The notes: a model not told the origin generated them from the letters alone. Positions 1 through 10,674 are shown, counted from the first letter of the stretch. The stretch: 64,000 nt of DNA from an uncultured delta proteobacterium (GCA_963727445.1 CAVSGI010000008.1:352001-416000); one strand, 5' to 3'. Program-made: numbers and translations.

Positions 1-229
1 CACTGAGTCTGGGTGGATGGAGCACGCCACGGAGTGCTGCAGCCGACGTACCAGCGAGGTCGACGCGAAAAGACTGGCCGAACGGCCGGCATTGAGCGTG
101 CCTAATCCGCCCACCTGAGGTCGGGCGTTCACAGACGGGCGGGATCGGCCTGCGAAAGGCGCTACGCACCTGGGATCGCCCGGCATTCGGCCGGTTGCGG
201 TGAGGCAGGCAGAACATTAAACCCCCGCC

Positions 230-1825
230 ATGCAGACCGTGACGCGCTCCGAGGGTGGAGCCGAATCGGGGGGCCAGCTCACCGGGACGTCGCCGGTGGA
301 CGGGCGCCCTCTATCCCCCGTGCCGATCGCGACGGCCGCCGACGTTCGTCGCGCTGTCATCGAGGCGCGGGCGGCACAGCGTGGATGGGCAAAGCGATCC
401 GTCAAAGAGCGCATCGATGCGATGAAGCGTGCGGCCCGACGCATGCTCGACGACCGGGCGACGATCCTCGCGATCCTCGGTCAGGAGATCGGCAAGTTCG
501 AGGTCGACGGGATCTTCAGCGAGGCCCTCGGCCCGATGGACGTCGTGACCCAATGGGGCTCCGTCGTGAAGAAGGGGCTCGCCGAAAAGCGCGTGCTCTT
601 GAACCCGGTGGGCTTTCCCGGAAAGAAGGCGAGCCATCGCCTGGTGCCGCGCGGCGTCATCGGCTGCATCACGCCGTGGAACTATCCGATCGCCACCTTC
701 TTCCGTCCGGTGATCCCCGCGCTCCTCTGCGGCAACGGCGTCGTCATCAAGCCGTCGGAGCACGCGCCGCGCGCGGCCGATTGGTTCGTGACGCACCTCT
801 GCGCCGAGCTTCCCGAGGGCCTGGTGCAGGTGGTGCACGGGCGCGGTGAGGTCGGCGCGATGCTCCTCGACAGCGGCATCGACGCCTGCACCTTCACCGG
901 CTCGGTCGCGACCGGCAGGAAGGTCGCCGCGAAGTGCGCGGAGCTCCTGATCCCCTCGAGCATCGAGCTCGGCGGCAAAGACCCGGCGATCGTCCTCGAC
1001 GACGCCGACCTCACGCGCACGGCGGCGGGGATCGCGCATTGGTCGCTGCACAACGCGGGTCAGGCGTGCGCGGCCATCGAGGTGGTGATCGCACAACGCG
1101 GCATCGCCGATGCCCTGGTCGAACGACTGAAGCGCGGCTTCGAGCGACTGAGCGTCGGGGCGGACCGCTTCGCCGAGACCGATCTCTCACCCCTCGCCAC
1201 CGAGGCGCAGCTCGAGACCGTCGAGCGTCACGTGAAGGACGCGCTCGACAAGGGCGCTACGCTTGTGACCGGCGGGAAGCGCACGGGCGAAGGGCTCTGC
1301 TACCAGCCGACGATCCTCGACGGCTGCACCGAGGACATGCTGGTGGTGCGCGAGGAGACCTTCGGCCCGGTGGTGGCCATCGTCCGCGTGGACGGGGTCG
1401 AGGACGCGATCCGGTTGACCAACGCGTCGCAGTACGGCCTCACCGCTTCCGTCTGGAGCAAGGACGTGGCGCGGGCCGAGCGCATCGCCGAGCGCCTCGA
1501 GGTGGGCACGGTGACCATCAACAACCACTCGGTCACCGGCGCGATGACCGCCCTGCCCTGGAGCGGCACCCGCAACACCGGCCCCGGCATCGCCAATTCG
1601 TCGTACGCGCTGACGCTCTTCTGCCGCCCGAAGTCACTCCTGGTCGACAAGAACAAGGACCCGGATCCCTTCTGGCTGCCCTTCGACCGCGATCTCTACG
1701 ACCTCGGTGATCTGCTGGCGGACGCCATGATCGGGCGCGTCGGTCAGGCTTTCCGAATCCCCCTTCTGGCCCTGGCGCGCACCAGGACCATCAAGCGTTT
1801 CTGGGGACCCCGGGGAGGCGCGTGA
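230..1825 (+). CDS. Aldehyde dehydrogenase family protein (531 aa)
   Basis: Motifs ITPWNYP, KPSE, FTGS, ELGGKDP (catalytic Glu), NAGQAC (catalytic Cys), EETFGP. Confidence 0.95.
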   Translation: MQTVTRSEGGAESGGQLTGTSPVDGRPLSPVPIATAADVRRAVIEARAAQRGWAKRSVKERIDAMKRAARRMLDDRATILAILGQEIGKFEVDGIFSEALGPMDVVTQWGSVVKKGLAEKRVLLNPVGFPGKKASHRLVPRGVIGCITPWNYPIATFFRPVIPALLCGNGVVIKPSEHAPRAADWFVTHLCAELPEGLVQVVHGRGEVGAMLLDSGIDACTFTGSVATGRKVAAKCAELLIPSSIELGGKDPAIVLDDADLTRTAAGIAHWSLHNAGQACAAIEVVIAQRGIADALVERLKRGFERLSVGADRFAETDLSPLATEAQLETVERHVKDALDKGATLVTGGKRTGEGLCYQPTILDGCTEDMLVVREETFGPVVAIVRVDGVEDAIRLTNASQYGLTASVWSKDVARAERIAERLEVGTVTINNHSVTGAMTALPWSGTRNTGPGIANSSYALTLFCRPKSLLVDKNKDPDPFWLPFDRDLYDLGDLLADAMIGRVGQAFRIPLLALARTRTIKRFWGPRGGA

Positions 1826-3771
1826 ACGCACCCCACCCTCGTTTCGGCGGGCTACTCCCGGCCCCCTCGCTGACCCGCGATCAGCGCTTCTCGAAGCGCA
1901 CGCGGCGGCTCGTGCTCGCTTTCGCGGAGGCGATCCTTCCCGGCGGCGAAGGCGCGCCCGGCGCGGACGAGCGTGTGGTGGACCTCATCGAGCAGTACCT
2001 GGCCCGCAAGGGGATGGAGCCGCTGATGCCGGTGGTGGGCGCGGCCCTGGGCGCTCTCGATGCGACCGCGCTGGTCTTCTACCGCCGTCGCTTCGTGAAC
2101 CTCAGCCGGGCCGAGCAGCAGGAGCACCTCGATCGACTCTCCCGCAGGCGGGCGACGCAGATCCCGGTCCATCTGCTCGCCGCGCTCCTCAAGCTCCTCC
2201 ACTTCGACCAGACCCAGGTCCTCGAAGCTCTGGGGGGCGAGCGCAAGAAGGTCCTCCCGGAGGCACCGCCGAGCTGGAAGCAGAACGTGATCAGCGCGGC
2301 GCGCTGGGACCCCGAGGAGACCATCGAGTGCGACGTGGTCGTGGTGGGTACGGGCGCCGGAGGCGGTGTGGTCGGCGCCGAGCTCGCCGAACGCGGTCAC
2401 GCCGTCCTCTTCGTCGAAGAGGGCGAGTACTACGACCGGAGCACCTTCGAGCACAGTCAGGTGGAGGCCTTCGAGCACTACTACCACAACGGCGTCTGGG
2501 TCTTCGGCAACAACGTGTTCCCGATCTTCAGCGGCAGGATGGTCGGCGGGTCGACCGCCGTGAACACCGGCACCTCGCTCAGGCCGCCGAACTTCATCAT
2601 CGACGAGTGGGCCGAGCGCCTGAAGTCGGACGACTTCTCCGTCGAGGGTCTCGAGCGCTACTTCCACCGCGTCGAACAGCGGCTCGGCGTGACCACGCAC
2701 TCCCCCGAGCACATCGGGCCCATCGGAGACGTGATTGCCCGCGGCTGCGACGCCCTCGGGTGGAGCCACTACGCCCTGCCTCGGAACGCCCCGGACTGCA
2801 CCGGCGAAGGCTTCTGCTCCTACGGGTGTCGCACGGGCGCCAAACGAAGCACCGACGTCAGCTACGTCCCCGCGGCACTGAAGAACAGCGCCATGCTGCT
2901 GACGGGAATGCGCGCCGACGAGGTGATCGTCGAGAACGGACGCGCGGTGGGGCTCCGCGGCCATGCGAAGGCCAATGGGCAGCACATCGAGGTCCGCGCC
3001 AAGAAGGTCGTGATCAGCGGCAACGCCATCAACACCCCTCTGATGTTGATGAAGCAGGGGATCTGCAATCGAAGCGGTCAGCTCGGCCGTAACCTCACGC
3101 TGCATCCGTCCACGGGTCTGTCCGGGCTGTACGACGAGCTGATCGACGGCACGCACCACATCCCGCAGGGCTACGGAACGCAGCAGTTCATCGACGAGGG
3201 GATCCTGATCAACGCAGCGAACGCCGATCCCACGGTGTATCCGATGATCCTCGCGCTCACCGGCCGGCCCCTGATGCAGCACGTCGCCCTGCAGGACCAC
3301 ATGGTGGGGCTCGGGATCCTCGCGCACGATCACGGAGACGGCGGGCGTGTGTGGTGGAGCGCCAAGGGCCACCCCCTCATCACCTACAACCTCACGCCCG
3401 CGGACGTGCACTGCCTGCATCAGGGTCTGGTGCGCGGCACCCAGATGCTCGCGGCCGCGGGCGCCAAGAAGATCTTCCCGGGCATGATGAACATGCCCAT
3501 CCTCGAGGGCCCCGAGGACATCCAACGCCTCACCGACATGGACCCCAAGGCGGGCGACTTCATCCTGATCAGCTACCACCCGCTCGGCACCGCGAAGATG
3601 GGCCGCGACCCGCGCACCAGCGTGGTGGACCTCTACCAGGAGAGCCACGACGTGAAGGACCTTCACATCATCGACGGCTCGTCGATCCCCGGCGCCCCGG
3701 CGGTGAACCCACAGATCACGATCATGGCCTTCGCCACGCGCGCGGCCGAGCGCATCCACGACGGGCTATAG
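1822..3771 (+). CDS. GMC-family oxidoreductase (long-chain alcohol oxidase-like) with N-terminal helical domain
   Basis: VVVVGTGAGG FAD motif, GRMVGGSTAVN, CxGxGxCxxGC, HPLGT, GxPxVNPQITI; GTGA overlap with the ALDH stop. Confidence 0.92.
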   Translation: MNAPHPRFGGLLPAPSLTRDQRFSKRTRRLVLAFAEAILPGGEGAPGADERVVDLIEQYLARKGMEPLMPVVGAALGALDATALVFYRRRFVNLSRAEQQEHLDRLSRRRATQIPVHLLAALLKLLHFDQTQVLEALGGERKKVLPEAPPSWKQNVISAARWDPEETIECDVVVVGTGAGGGVVGAELAERGHAVLFVEEGEYYDRSTFEHSQVEAFEHYYHNGVWVFGNNVFPIFSGRMVGGSTAVNTGTSLRPPNFIIDEWAERLKSDDFSVEGLERYFHRVEQRLGVTTHSPEHIGPIGDVIARGCDALGWSHYALPRNAPDCTGEGFCSYGCRTGAKRSTDVSYVPAALKNSAMLLTGMRADEVIVENGRAVGLRGHAKANGQHIEVRAKKVVISGNAINTPLMLMKQGICNRSGQLGRNLTLHPSTGLSGLYDELIDGTHHIPQGYGTQQFIDEGILINAANADPTVYPMILALTGRPLMQHVALQDHMVGLGILAHDHGDGGRVWWSAKGHPLITYNLTPADVHCLHQGLVRGTQMLAAAGAKKIFPGMMNMPILEGPEDIQRLTDMDPKAGDFILISYHPLGTAKMGRDPRTSVVDLYQESHDVKDLHIIDGSSIPGAPAVNPQITIMAFATRAAERIHDGL

Positions 3772-3788
3772 GATGACGAGCGCGCGAC

Positions 3789-4913
3789 TCACATGAACAT
3801 CCCGTCGCCGAAGCTCACGCCGACGTCGACGCACCACACGCTGATCCCGTCCAGGTCGTTCAGCGTCTTGCCCGCGGGCAGGGTGAGGGTCAGGGTGTCG
3901 CCCGAGTACCCGCCGGCGCGGATGATGTCGTCGCTGATGGCGAAGCCGGCGTTGTAGTCGCCGCCCAGGCCACCGTAGATGCGCACGTCGATGCCGGTGC
4001 CGTCGTAGCCGAAATCCTCGATGACGATGGTGCAGTCGTCGACGATCGTCGCGGTGCCGGTGGTCCCGTGGAAGAGCGTCGAGAGCATGGCGGTCTGGCC
4101 CACCTTCGCGTGCGTGCTGTCGCAGCCGCTCGAGCCGCTGTCGACGACGCCGCCGTCGCTCGTGGTGGCGTCGGGCACGCCGCCGTCGGGCGCGCCGCCG
4201 TCGGACATCGACATCTCTTCGGAGTGCTGCTCGACGTAGGCGACCACGTCGAGCAGCTCGTCGTCGGAGAGGCGGTCGAGACCCCAGAACGGCATCACGC
4301 CCCCGGTGAGCCCGTCGTAGACCGTGCTGTCGATCCGCCCGCTGGTGCGCACCCGTCGCGCGATGTAGTCGCGGGCGAGAGGCGCGAAGATGAGCGGCGG
4401 CGCCTTCTCCGTACCCACCGCGTCCTCGCCGTGGCAGGCCACGCAGCGCGTGTTGAAGAGCTCGCGGCCGTGCATCGGATCGCCCCCCGAGAGATTGGCC
4501 GGGGGCGTGCCGATCTGGATGTCGACCGCGGGGGCCGCGCCCGCGGGCGCCTGCGCTTCGAGGAACGCGAGGAGGCTCGTCCAGCGCGTGTCGGTCTCGG
4601 ACCACGCCGACCCGTTCATCCACTCCGTCACGCAGCTGTTGACCGCGTCGCGGAGCGAAGTGAGCGTCCCGCCCTTGTAGGAGGGCCTGTTCACCGCGTC
4701 CCCGATCGGGTGACCCGGCCGGGTGATGCCGTCGTCCGCTGGTTCGACGAGCGCGTGGCAGGTAGCGCAGGTGAAGGTGTTCCCGTCCTCCAGCGTCGAC
4801 AGATAGACCTCTTCGCCCGCCATCACGCTCCCCGCCGGAGGTGGATCCTCCCCGCAACCAGCGAGGATCGGGATGACGATGAAGCCGAAGAGAAAGCCCA
4901 GCCGATGGTCCAT
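3789..4913 (-). CDS. Lipoprotein with two c-type heme motifs and a C-terminal DM13-like domain
   Basis: Lipobox ILAGC after M at 4913; CATCH and CVACH; C-terminal HGTTGTATIVDD...DFGYDGTGIDV...ISVWCVDVGVSFG resembles DM13. Confidence 0.85.
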   Translation of the reverse strand: MDHRLGFLFGFIVIPILAGCGEDPPPAGSVMAGEEVYLSTLEDGNTFTCATCHALVEPADDGITRPGHPIGDAVNRPSYKGGTLTSLRDAVNSCVTEWMNGSAWSETDTRWTSLLAFLEAQAPAGAAPAVDIQIGTPPANLSGGDPMHGRELFNTRCVACHGEDAVGTEKAPPLIFAPLARDYIARRVRTSGRIDSTVYDGLTGGVMPFWGLDRLSDDELLDVVAYVEQHSEEMSMSDGGAPDGGVPDATTSDGGVVDSGSSGCDSTHAKVGQTAMLSTLFHGTTGTATIVDDCTIVIEDFGYDGTGIDVRIYGGLGGDYNAGFAISDDIIRAGGYSGDTLTLTLPAGKTLNDLDGISVWCVDVGVSFGDGMFM

Positions 4914-5067
4914 GACATGAGCGTAGTCGGCCGGCGCTGATTCGTTACACCCAATCACCGACTTGTGGGCTGCGATCGCACCTGTGCGCAGGACCTCCTA
5001 CGAAAATGCGTGTGGATCAAACTCGAGGTCTCCCCGTGCGATCCCGTCACTGATACCCCAACGACTC

Positions 5068-5319
5068 ATGAGCGACGCCTGCCACTTCACCACGATGCTC
5101 AACCGCGGCTCCCGCCGCTTGGGCGTAGTCCTGATGCCCTATCTCGGCCGTGCCCGTGCCCACCATCGTGGGAGCGTCATCGCCCAGACCCTCCTCGAGG
5201 GCCGCGGCGATCCGCTGAGCGTGGCGACGAGCCTGCTGCCCGAGCTTCCGGGTACGACGCGCCGGCGCGCGGCCGCGCACGTCGCACGCGCGTGGCTGAG
5301 CCTCAGCGCGGCTCGCTGA
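5068..5319 (+). CDS. Small hypothetical protein (83 aa)
   Basis: ATG at 5068, GC3-rich codons, fills the gap between flanking genes; no family recognised. Confidence 0.45.
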   Translation: MSDACHFTTMLNRGSRRLGVVLMPYLGRARAHHRGSVIAQTLLEGRGDPLSVATSLLPELPGTTRRRAAAHVARAWLSLSAAR

Positions 5320-6925
5320 CCTCGATCACGACGAACATCGAGCGGGGCCGGCGCGATACGTCGCCCACCGTGAGCGTGCCCGCGCCGGTGTCGAGGAGGA
5401 GCTGCGGCGATCCGTCGAAGGGCGTGGTCTCGAAGTCCCGCGCGACGATGTCGGAGCGGGTCACTTCGCACGAAGCCCAGGCCTCTTCCGCGCCACCGTA
5501 GATGGCGTCCCCGCCGCAGCGCACGGTCAGGCGGCAATGGCCGCCGTCGGCGCTCGCGTCGTAGACGATGGCGCAGAACGATCCGTTCGCCGGCGCCCCG
5601 GGACCACGGGCCTGGGTCACGCGGCCCGGGTAGCTGCGCGGAGGCACGGCCCGGGTCTCGCAGCGGTCCTCGACGATCCGTCGCTCGCAGGCCTTCTCCC
5701 GATAGGCGCGCACGCGGCTGGGATCGTTCTGCACCAGATCCGCGAGGCGGATGCACGAGTCGGGGTGTCCTCCGTCGCAGGCCATGTGATAGAGGGGCTC
5801 CGCCTGCTCCGGGTCCTGCTCGACGCCTCGCCCTGCGTCGTACGCCGCGGCGAGCGCGCCGCACGCGCGGGGGATCTCACCCGTGTCACAAGCGCGGCGA
5901 AAATACTCCACCGCGACCGCCGCGTCGGAACGCCCGCGCCGATCGCGCTCGATCGCGCCCAGCCGATAACAGGCGAGGCCGCTCCGTCGCTCACAGGCCC
6001 GGGTGTAGAGCTCGCGCGCCCGCCCGGGGTTGGGGCGCCGTCCAATCCCCAGCTCTTCGATCTCACCCAGGTGCGCGCAGGCGGCCCAGTGCTCGGCGCG
6101 ACAACCTGCCTCGAGCAGCTCGCGGGCCTGACCAGTGTCGGGCGGGATGCCGTGATCGCCTCGCACGAAAGCCACGGCGAGGTGGGTGCAACCGTCGAGG
6201 TCCCCGCCGGTGCAGCCACGCTGCCAGAGCTCGCCGATCCGGCTCCGCTCCTCGGGCTCGTGGTCGCGCGCGAACATGTTGGCGAGCAGGGTGCAGCCGC
6301 GCGGGCGGTCGGCGTCGCACATGCTCTCGTAGAGCTGCACCAAAGACGCGCGATCGTTGAGTCCGACGTAATGATCGGCGACCTTGCGACAAGCGAGATC
6401 GTTCCCCGCCTCGCACCCCTTCTGGAAGAACGCGACCGCCCCTTCGATGTCGCGCGCCGAGCCGCGCCCGGCGTGAAGAAGCTCGCCCGCGGCCAGACAC
6501 GACTCGGGGTCGTCCGCGTCGCATGCGCGCCGCGCGGCGGTCAGCCCGAGCGCGTCGTCCGGGCCTTCGGGCCGTGCGGCCACGTAGACCCCGATCCGGC
6601 GGCACGCGTCGATAGAGCCACGCTCGCAACTGGCGCCGAGCAGTCTGAGGGCGCGACCCGGCTCGTGCTCGACCTCCTCGCCCTCGAGCAGAAAGACCCC
6701 CAGCGCATCGCAGGCCGCTCGCTCGCCGGCCGCGCACTCGTTGTCGAGGTCCATCACCACCAGGGACGCCTCGTGCGGATCGTGAAGGAAGCGCTCGACG
6801 ACCGCCTCGCAGCTCATCGCGTGACCACCGCAGCCGCCTTCGGGAGAGGTCGAGGGTGGGGGCGAAGAGGCGCCTCCACAACTGATGATGAAGACCCCCA
6901 AGACAGTGACTGACGCCCGACGCAT
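5303..6925 (-). CDS. Sel1-like (HcpA-type, Cys-bridged) repeat lipoprotein
   Basis: Signal/lipobox MRRASVTVLGVFIISC; roughly ten A..Y.RAC......AC..LG repeats. Confidence 0.88.
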   Translation of the reverse strand: MRRASVTVLGVFIISCGGASSPPPSTSPEGGCGGHAMSCEAVVERFLHDPHEASLVVMDLDNECAAGERAACDALGVFLLEGEEVEHEPGRALRLLGASCERGSIDACRRIGVYVAARPEGPDDALGLTAARRACDADDPESCLAAGELLHAGRGSARDIEGAVAFFQKGCEAGNDLACRKVADHYVGLNDRASLVQLYESMCDADRPRGCTLLANMFARDHEPEERSRIGELWQRGCTGGDLDGCTHLAVAFVRGDHGIPPDTGQARELLEAGCRAEHWAACAHLGEIEELGIGRRPNPGRARELYTRACERRSGLACYRLGAIERDRRGRSDAAVAVEYFRRACDTGEIPRACGALAAAYDAGRGVEQDPEQAEPLYHMACDGGHPDSCIRLADLVQNDPSRVRAYREKACERRIVEDRCETRAVPPRSYPGRVTQARGPGAPANGSFCAIVYDASADGGHCRLTVRCGGDAIYGGAEEAWASCEVTRSDIVARDFETTPFDGSPQLLLDTGAGTLTVGDVSRRPRSMFVVIEVSEPR

Positions 6926-7040
6926 GGGCGGCGATTGTACACATGCGCGGGGGCTGGTTGGCTCGGGTCGATAGACTCCATCGTGCCAAGAACGCACGGA
7001 CGACGTGGGGGAAAGTCGTGCGATCTCCTACCCCCACATA

Positions 7041-7057
7041 CCGGCATGGCGCCTGCA
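7041..7057 (+). promoter_or_regulatory. Putative sigma-54 (-24/-12) promoter
   Basis: CCGGCATGGCGCCTGCA = GG-N10-GC with GGCAT and TGCA, 14 nt before the ATG at 7071. Confidence 0.5.
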
Positions 7058-7070
7058 CAGGGGCGCGCCC

Positions 7071-8507
7071 ATGGGTGGCAATGGTTGGGCGAGGTCTGCC
7101 CTCGCAGTGATTTCTTGGTTTCTCTTCCTCTGGATGGCGGCCTGCAGCGCCGATGGAGGCCGCTCGCTGCGGGGCGACGGTGGGTCCACACCGCCCCCGG
7201 ACTCTGACAGCGGCACCACCACTCCGCCTCCGCCCACCGGCGACGGCGGCACCACGACGCCACCGCCGGCGCCGCGCCCCGGCGATCGCGACGCCGACGG
7301 ACTGCCCGACGAGGACGAAGCCACCCGCGGCACCGACCCCGACAACCAGGACACCGACGGTGACGGGATCAGCGACGGCGTGGAGGTGCTCGCCGGCACC
7401 GATCCCACCGACCCGGCGAGCTCCATCCCTGTGACCGACTTCTACGTGGTCCTTCCCTACATGGGATCGCCGGAGCTCCGCGAGCTCGACTTCCGCGCGC
7501 GGCTCGGCAAGGGCGACGTCTTCTTCCTGGTCGACACCACCGGCAGCATGGGCGTGGCCATCGGCAACGTGCGCTCGTCTTTGTCGAGCACCATCGTGCC
7601 GGCGGTGGAGGACGCCATCGCCGACGTTCGCATGGGCGTCGGCGATTACCGCGACTTCCCCACCGGATCCTACGGCGACGCCGGGGACTGGCCGTATCGC
7701 CTGAGGCAGGCGATGACCGAGGACGTGTCTGCGGTGCAGACGGCGCTCAACGCGCTCGCCGCCGGCGGCGGCAACGACGGCCCCGAGGCGATGCTCGAGG
7801 GGCTCCACGGCGCGGTGACCGGCGGCGGCGGCGCAGGCTTCGGCACCGCGGAGTTCCGCACCGACAGCCACCCGATCATCGTGGTCGTCACTGACGCCCA
7901 GTCGCACAACAACCCGACCGGCGACGCCAACTACGACTCCTCGGTCCCCGCGCACTCCTGGTCCGAAACCATGAGCGCGTTGAACGCGCAGAACGTGAAG
8001 ATCGTCGGCGCCGCCGTGGGCTCGTCGCCGATCCCCCTGCCCTTTCCCATCCCGGGCGGCAGCACCCGCGACCTCGAGCAGCTCGCCCGCGACACGCGCA
8101 GCAACGCGCTCGACGGCTCGCTCACCGTCTACGAGTCGCCGGGCGGCTCGGTGGACACCTCCGTGGTCGACGGTATCGTCGATTTGGTCGGCGCCGAGAC
8201 CCAGGACGTGACCTCCCGTCAGATCGACGACCCCTCCGACATGGTCGACGCCACCCAGTTCATCCAGTCGGTGGCCCCGCTCCGCGCCACGCGCGCCACG
8301 AGCTTCGACGCGACCACCTTCTACGGCGTCGCCGGCGGCACGACCATCACCTTCCAGGTCACGTTCCTGAACGACTTCCTGCCGGAGCAGACCTACGTGC
8401 AGATCTTCCAGGCGCAGATCGAGGTGCACGACGTGCCCGCCGAGACGCGCCTCGACATCCGCAACGTCTACATCGTGGTCCCCGCCATCGGCGGCACGCT
8501 GATCTGA
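7071..8507 (+). CDS. vWA-domain lipoprotein with thrombospondin-3-like Ca-binding repeats
   Basis: Lipobox MAAC; DxDxDG..D..E...GTDP repeats; MIDAS-like DVFFLVDTTGSM, GGGNDGPEA, VVVTDA. Confidence 0.85.
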   Translation: MGGNGWARSALAVISWFLFLWMAACSADGGRSLRGDGGSTPPPDSDSGTTTPPPPTGDGGTTTPPPAPRPGDRDADGLPDEDEATRGTDPDNQDTDGDGISDGVEVLAGTDPTDPASSIPVTDFYVVLPYMGSPELRELDFRARLGKGDVFFLVDTTGSMGVAIGNVRSSLSSTIVPAVEDAIADVRMGVGDYRDFPTGSYGDAGDWPYRLRQAMTEDVSAVQTALNALAAGGGNDGPEAMLEGLHGAVTGGGGAGFGTAEFRTDSHPIIVVVTDAQSHNNPTGDANYDSSVPAHSWSETMSALNAQNVKIVGAAVGSSPIPLPFPIPGGSTRDLEQLARDTRSNALDGSLTVYESPGGSVDTSVVDGIVDLVGAETQDVTSRQIDDPSDMVDATQFIQSVAPLRATRATSFDATTFYGVAGGTTITFQVTFLNDFLPEQTYVQIFQAQIEVHDVPAETRLDIRNVYIVVPAIGGTLI

Positions 8508-8514
8508 GCCGGGC

Positions 8515-9468
8515 TCAGTCCTTGTTCCGCTCCCGACGGCGACGCTTGCGCTCGTTGCGGCGACGGCGACGCCGCTCCTCAGGCGTCTCGCCCTCGCCTT
8601 CGTCTCCGTCGACGTGCACCGGTCCCGCGGGATCCTGTCCGTAGACGTCGCGGAGCATGGCGTAGAGCTCCGGGTGCCCGTCGCGCAGGCGTGTGGGGCG
8701 CTCGAAGAAGGCTTCGGTGGCGACGGCGAAGAACTCGGCTTCGTTGGTGGCGCCGTAACCCCGCAGCACGGATTGGTGCTTTTCGATCCGCCCCACCTCG
8801 TCGTGAACCAGGCGCAGCCAGCCCTTGACGGCGGCCCAGGGCATCAGGGCCGGAACGCCGTCGGCCGATCCGTCCCCGAAGTCGAGGACGTGGGCCAGCT
8901 CGTGGATGCCGACGTTCGTTCCGTCGTGCTCCGCGCGGAAGCCCTGTCGCAGCGCGCGGGCGGAGAAGATGATCGGACCCTGGCTACCCACCTGTCCGAG
9001 GATGTTGCCGCTCTCGGAGATCTCGTAGTCGTCGTCGAAAGCGTCCGGATAGACCACCACGTCGCGCACCCGGCCCCAGACGTAACCGGGCATGCCGAAG
9101 GAGAGGATGGCGGCGGCCGCACCGACCAACACCTTCAGCTCGTCCTCCACCTCCGCGCCCCCGGGACCGGTGATGGTGTGCTCGTCGATGAAGTAGCGGA
9201 CGTCGCGCTCGAAGCGCGCCTTGTCCGCGGGGTCCTCGAGATCGTCGTAGAAGTCGACGTACTCCTCGAGCACATCGCGCCAAGCCTCGGGGAAAGGATT
9301 GCGGTCGACCTGGCTTCGGGCGAAGGTTCGGTAGTTGAAGCCGACGAGGAAGACGACCAGCGCGACCGCGAAGCCCGCCGCGCCTCCCATCGGCCCGCCG
9401 GTCATGACCAGCGCCGCGGTGCCCACCACGACCGAGAGCACCGCGGCCTCGACCCAGCGAAGCTTCAC
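8515..9468 (-). CDS. Membrane-anchored M90-family (MtfA-like) zinc metallopeptidase
   Basis: GTG start overlapping the thiolase stop; two TM segments; NVGIHELAHVLD, YGATNEAEFFAVATEAFFE. Confidence 0.88.
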   Translation of the reverse strand: MKLRWVEAAVLSVVVGTAALVMTGGPMGGAAGFAVALVVFLVGFNYRTFARSQVDRNPFPEAWRDVLEEYVDFYDDLEDPADKARFERDVRYFIDEHTITGPGGAEVEDELKVLVGAAAAILSFGMPGYVWGRVRDVVVYPDAFDDDYEISESGNILGQVGSQGPIIFSARALRQGFRAEHDGTNVGIHELAHVLDFGDGSADGVPALMPWAAVKGWLRLVHDEVGRIEKHQSVLRGYGATNEAEFFAVATEAFFERPTRLRDGHPELYAMLRDVYGQDPAGPVHVDGDEGEGETPEERRRRRRNERKRRRRERNKD

Positions 9469-10674
9469 CCCACGCGCTCCAGCACGGCCGAGACGGTGAC
9501 CCCGGCTCCGCCGCATATCGAGACGACCGCCAGTCGTCCGTCGCGGCGCTCGAGCTCGTCGAGCGCAGAGGAGACGAGCATCGCGCCGGTGGCGCCGAGC
9601 GGGTGTCCCATCGCGATCGCGCCACCGTTCGGGTTGAGCGCCTCGGGGTCGAGGTCGAAGGCCCGCTGGTAGTGCACCACGGTCGCGGCGAAGGACTCGT
9701 TCACCTCGAAGACGTCGATGTCGTCGATGGTCGCCCCGGCAACCGAGAGCGCCCGCCGGGTTCCTTCGACGTTGCCGGTCAGCATCAGCACCGGCTCGAC
9801 CGAGAGCGTGGAAAAGCCTCGGAGCCGCGCGCGGGGCGTCTTGCCGATGCGCCGCGCGCCCTCGGCGCTGGTCACGAGCAGCGCGGCCGCCCCATCGGCG
9901 AGCGCCGGCGAGACGCCCACGTGGTGGTGGTGCTCGACCGCCGCGAGCTCGGGATAGCGCGAAAGCGCCAGCGCGTCGCCACCGTTTGCGCCCGGCTTGA
10001 CGAAAGCCGGCTCGAAGCGAGCGAGCGTCTCCACGCTGGTCCCAGGCCGAAGGTTCTCTTCGTGGTTCAACAGGAGCGCCCCGTCGCGCGCGCGAACCGG
10101 GACGCGCGAGTCGGTGGCGCGGCCCTCCCGCTCGGCGCGCTCGGCGCGCGCGTGGGAGGAGACGGCGACGGCGTCGAGGTCGCTCCGGCTCAAGCCCGCG
10201 CGCGTCGCGAGGAGGTCCGCGGCGACGCCCATGTGGACGAAGCCGGTGGCCTGCGCGACGACGGGATCGCTGAACCACGCCCCCTCGTCCGCGAACATCG
10301 GCACGCGCGACATCGACTCCACGCCGCCGGCGACCACGATTCTGGTGACCGCCGGCCGAGACCGCGAGGGCGGCCATCCGCAGGGCGTCGAGGCCCGACG
10401 CGCAGAAGCGATTCAAGGTGACGCCCGAAACGCCGTGGTCCCAACCCGCGTAGAGCGCCGCGATCTTCGCGATGTCTGCGCCCTGCTCTTTCGTCTGGGT
10501 GACGCAGCCGAAGATCACGTCCGCCACGAGGGAGGTGTCGAGGTCGTTCCGCTGGGCGAGGGCACGAAGCACCTGGGCCGCGAGGTCGATCGGCGGGAGC
10601 TCCGAGAGCGCCCCGCCCGGCCGACCCTTCCCCCGCGGCGTACGGGGAGCGTCGAGGATGAAGGCGTCCATCAA
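9465..10674 (-). CDS. Thiolase (acetyl-CoA C-acyltransferase), frameshifted by one extra base at 10340-10341
   Basis: N-part RTPRGKG...NRFCASGL in one frame; C-part VVAGGVESMS...NESFA...GHPLGATG...CGGAG in another; deleting one base gives 402 aa. Confidence 0.88.

Noticed and set aside
8515..10674. Apparent 719-aa thiolase-M90 peptidase fusion
   Set aside because: Produced by the extra base at 10340-10341; the middle is out-of-frame thiolase and the peptidase has its own GTG at 9468.
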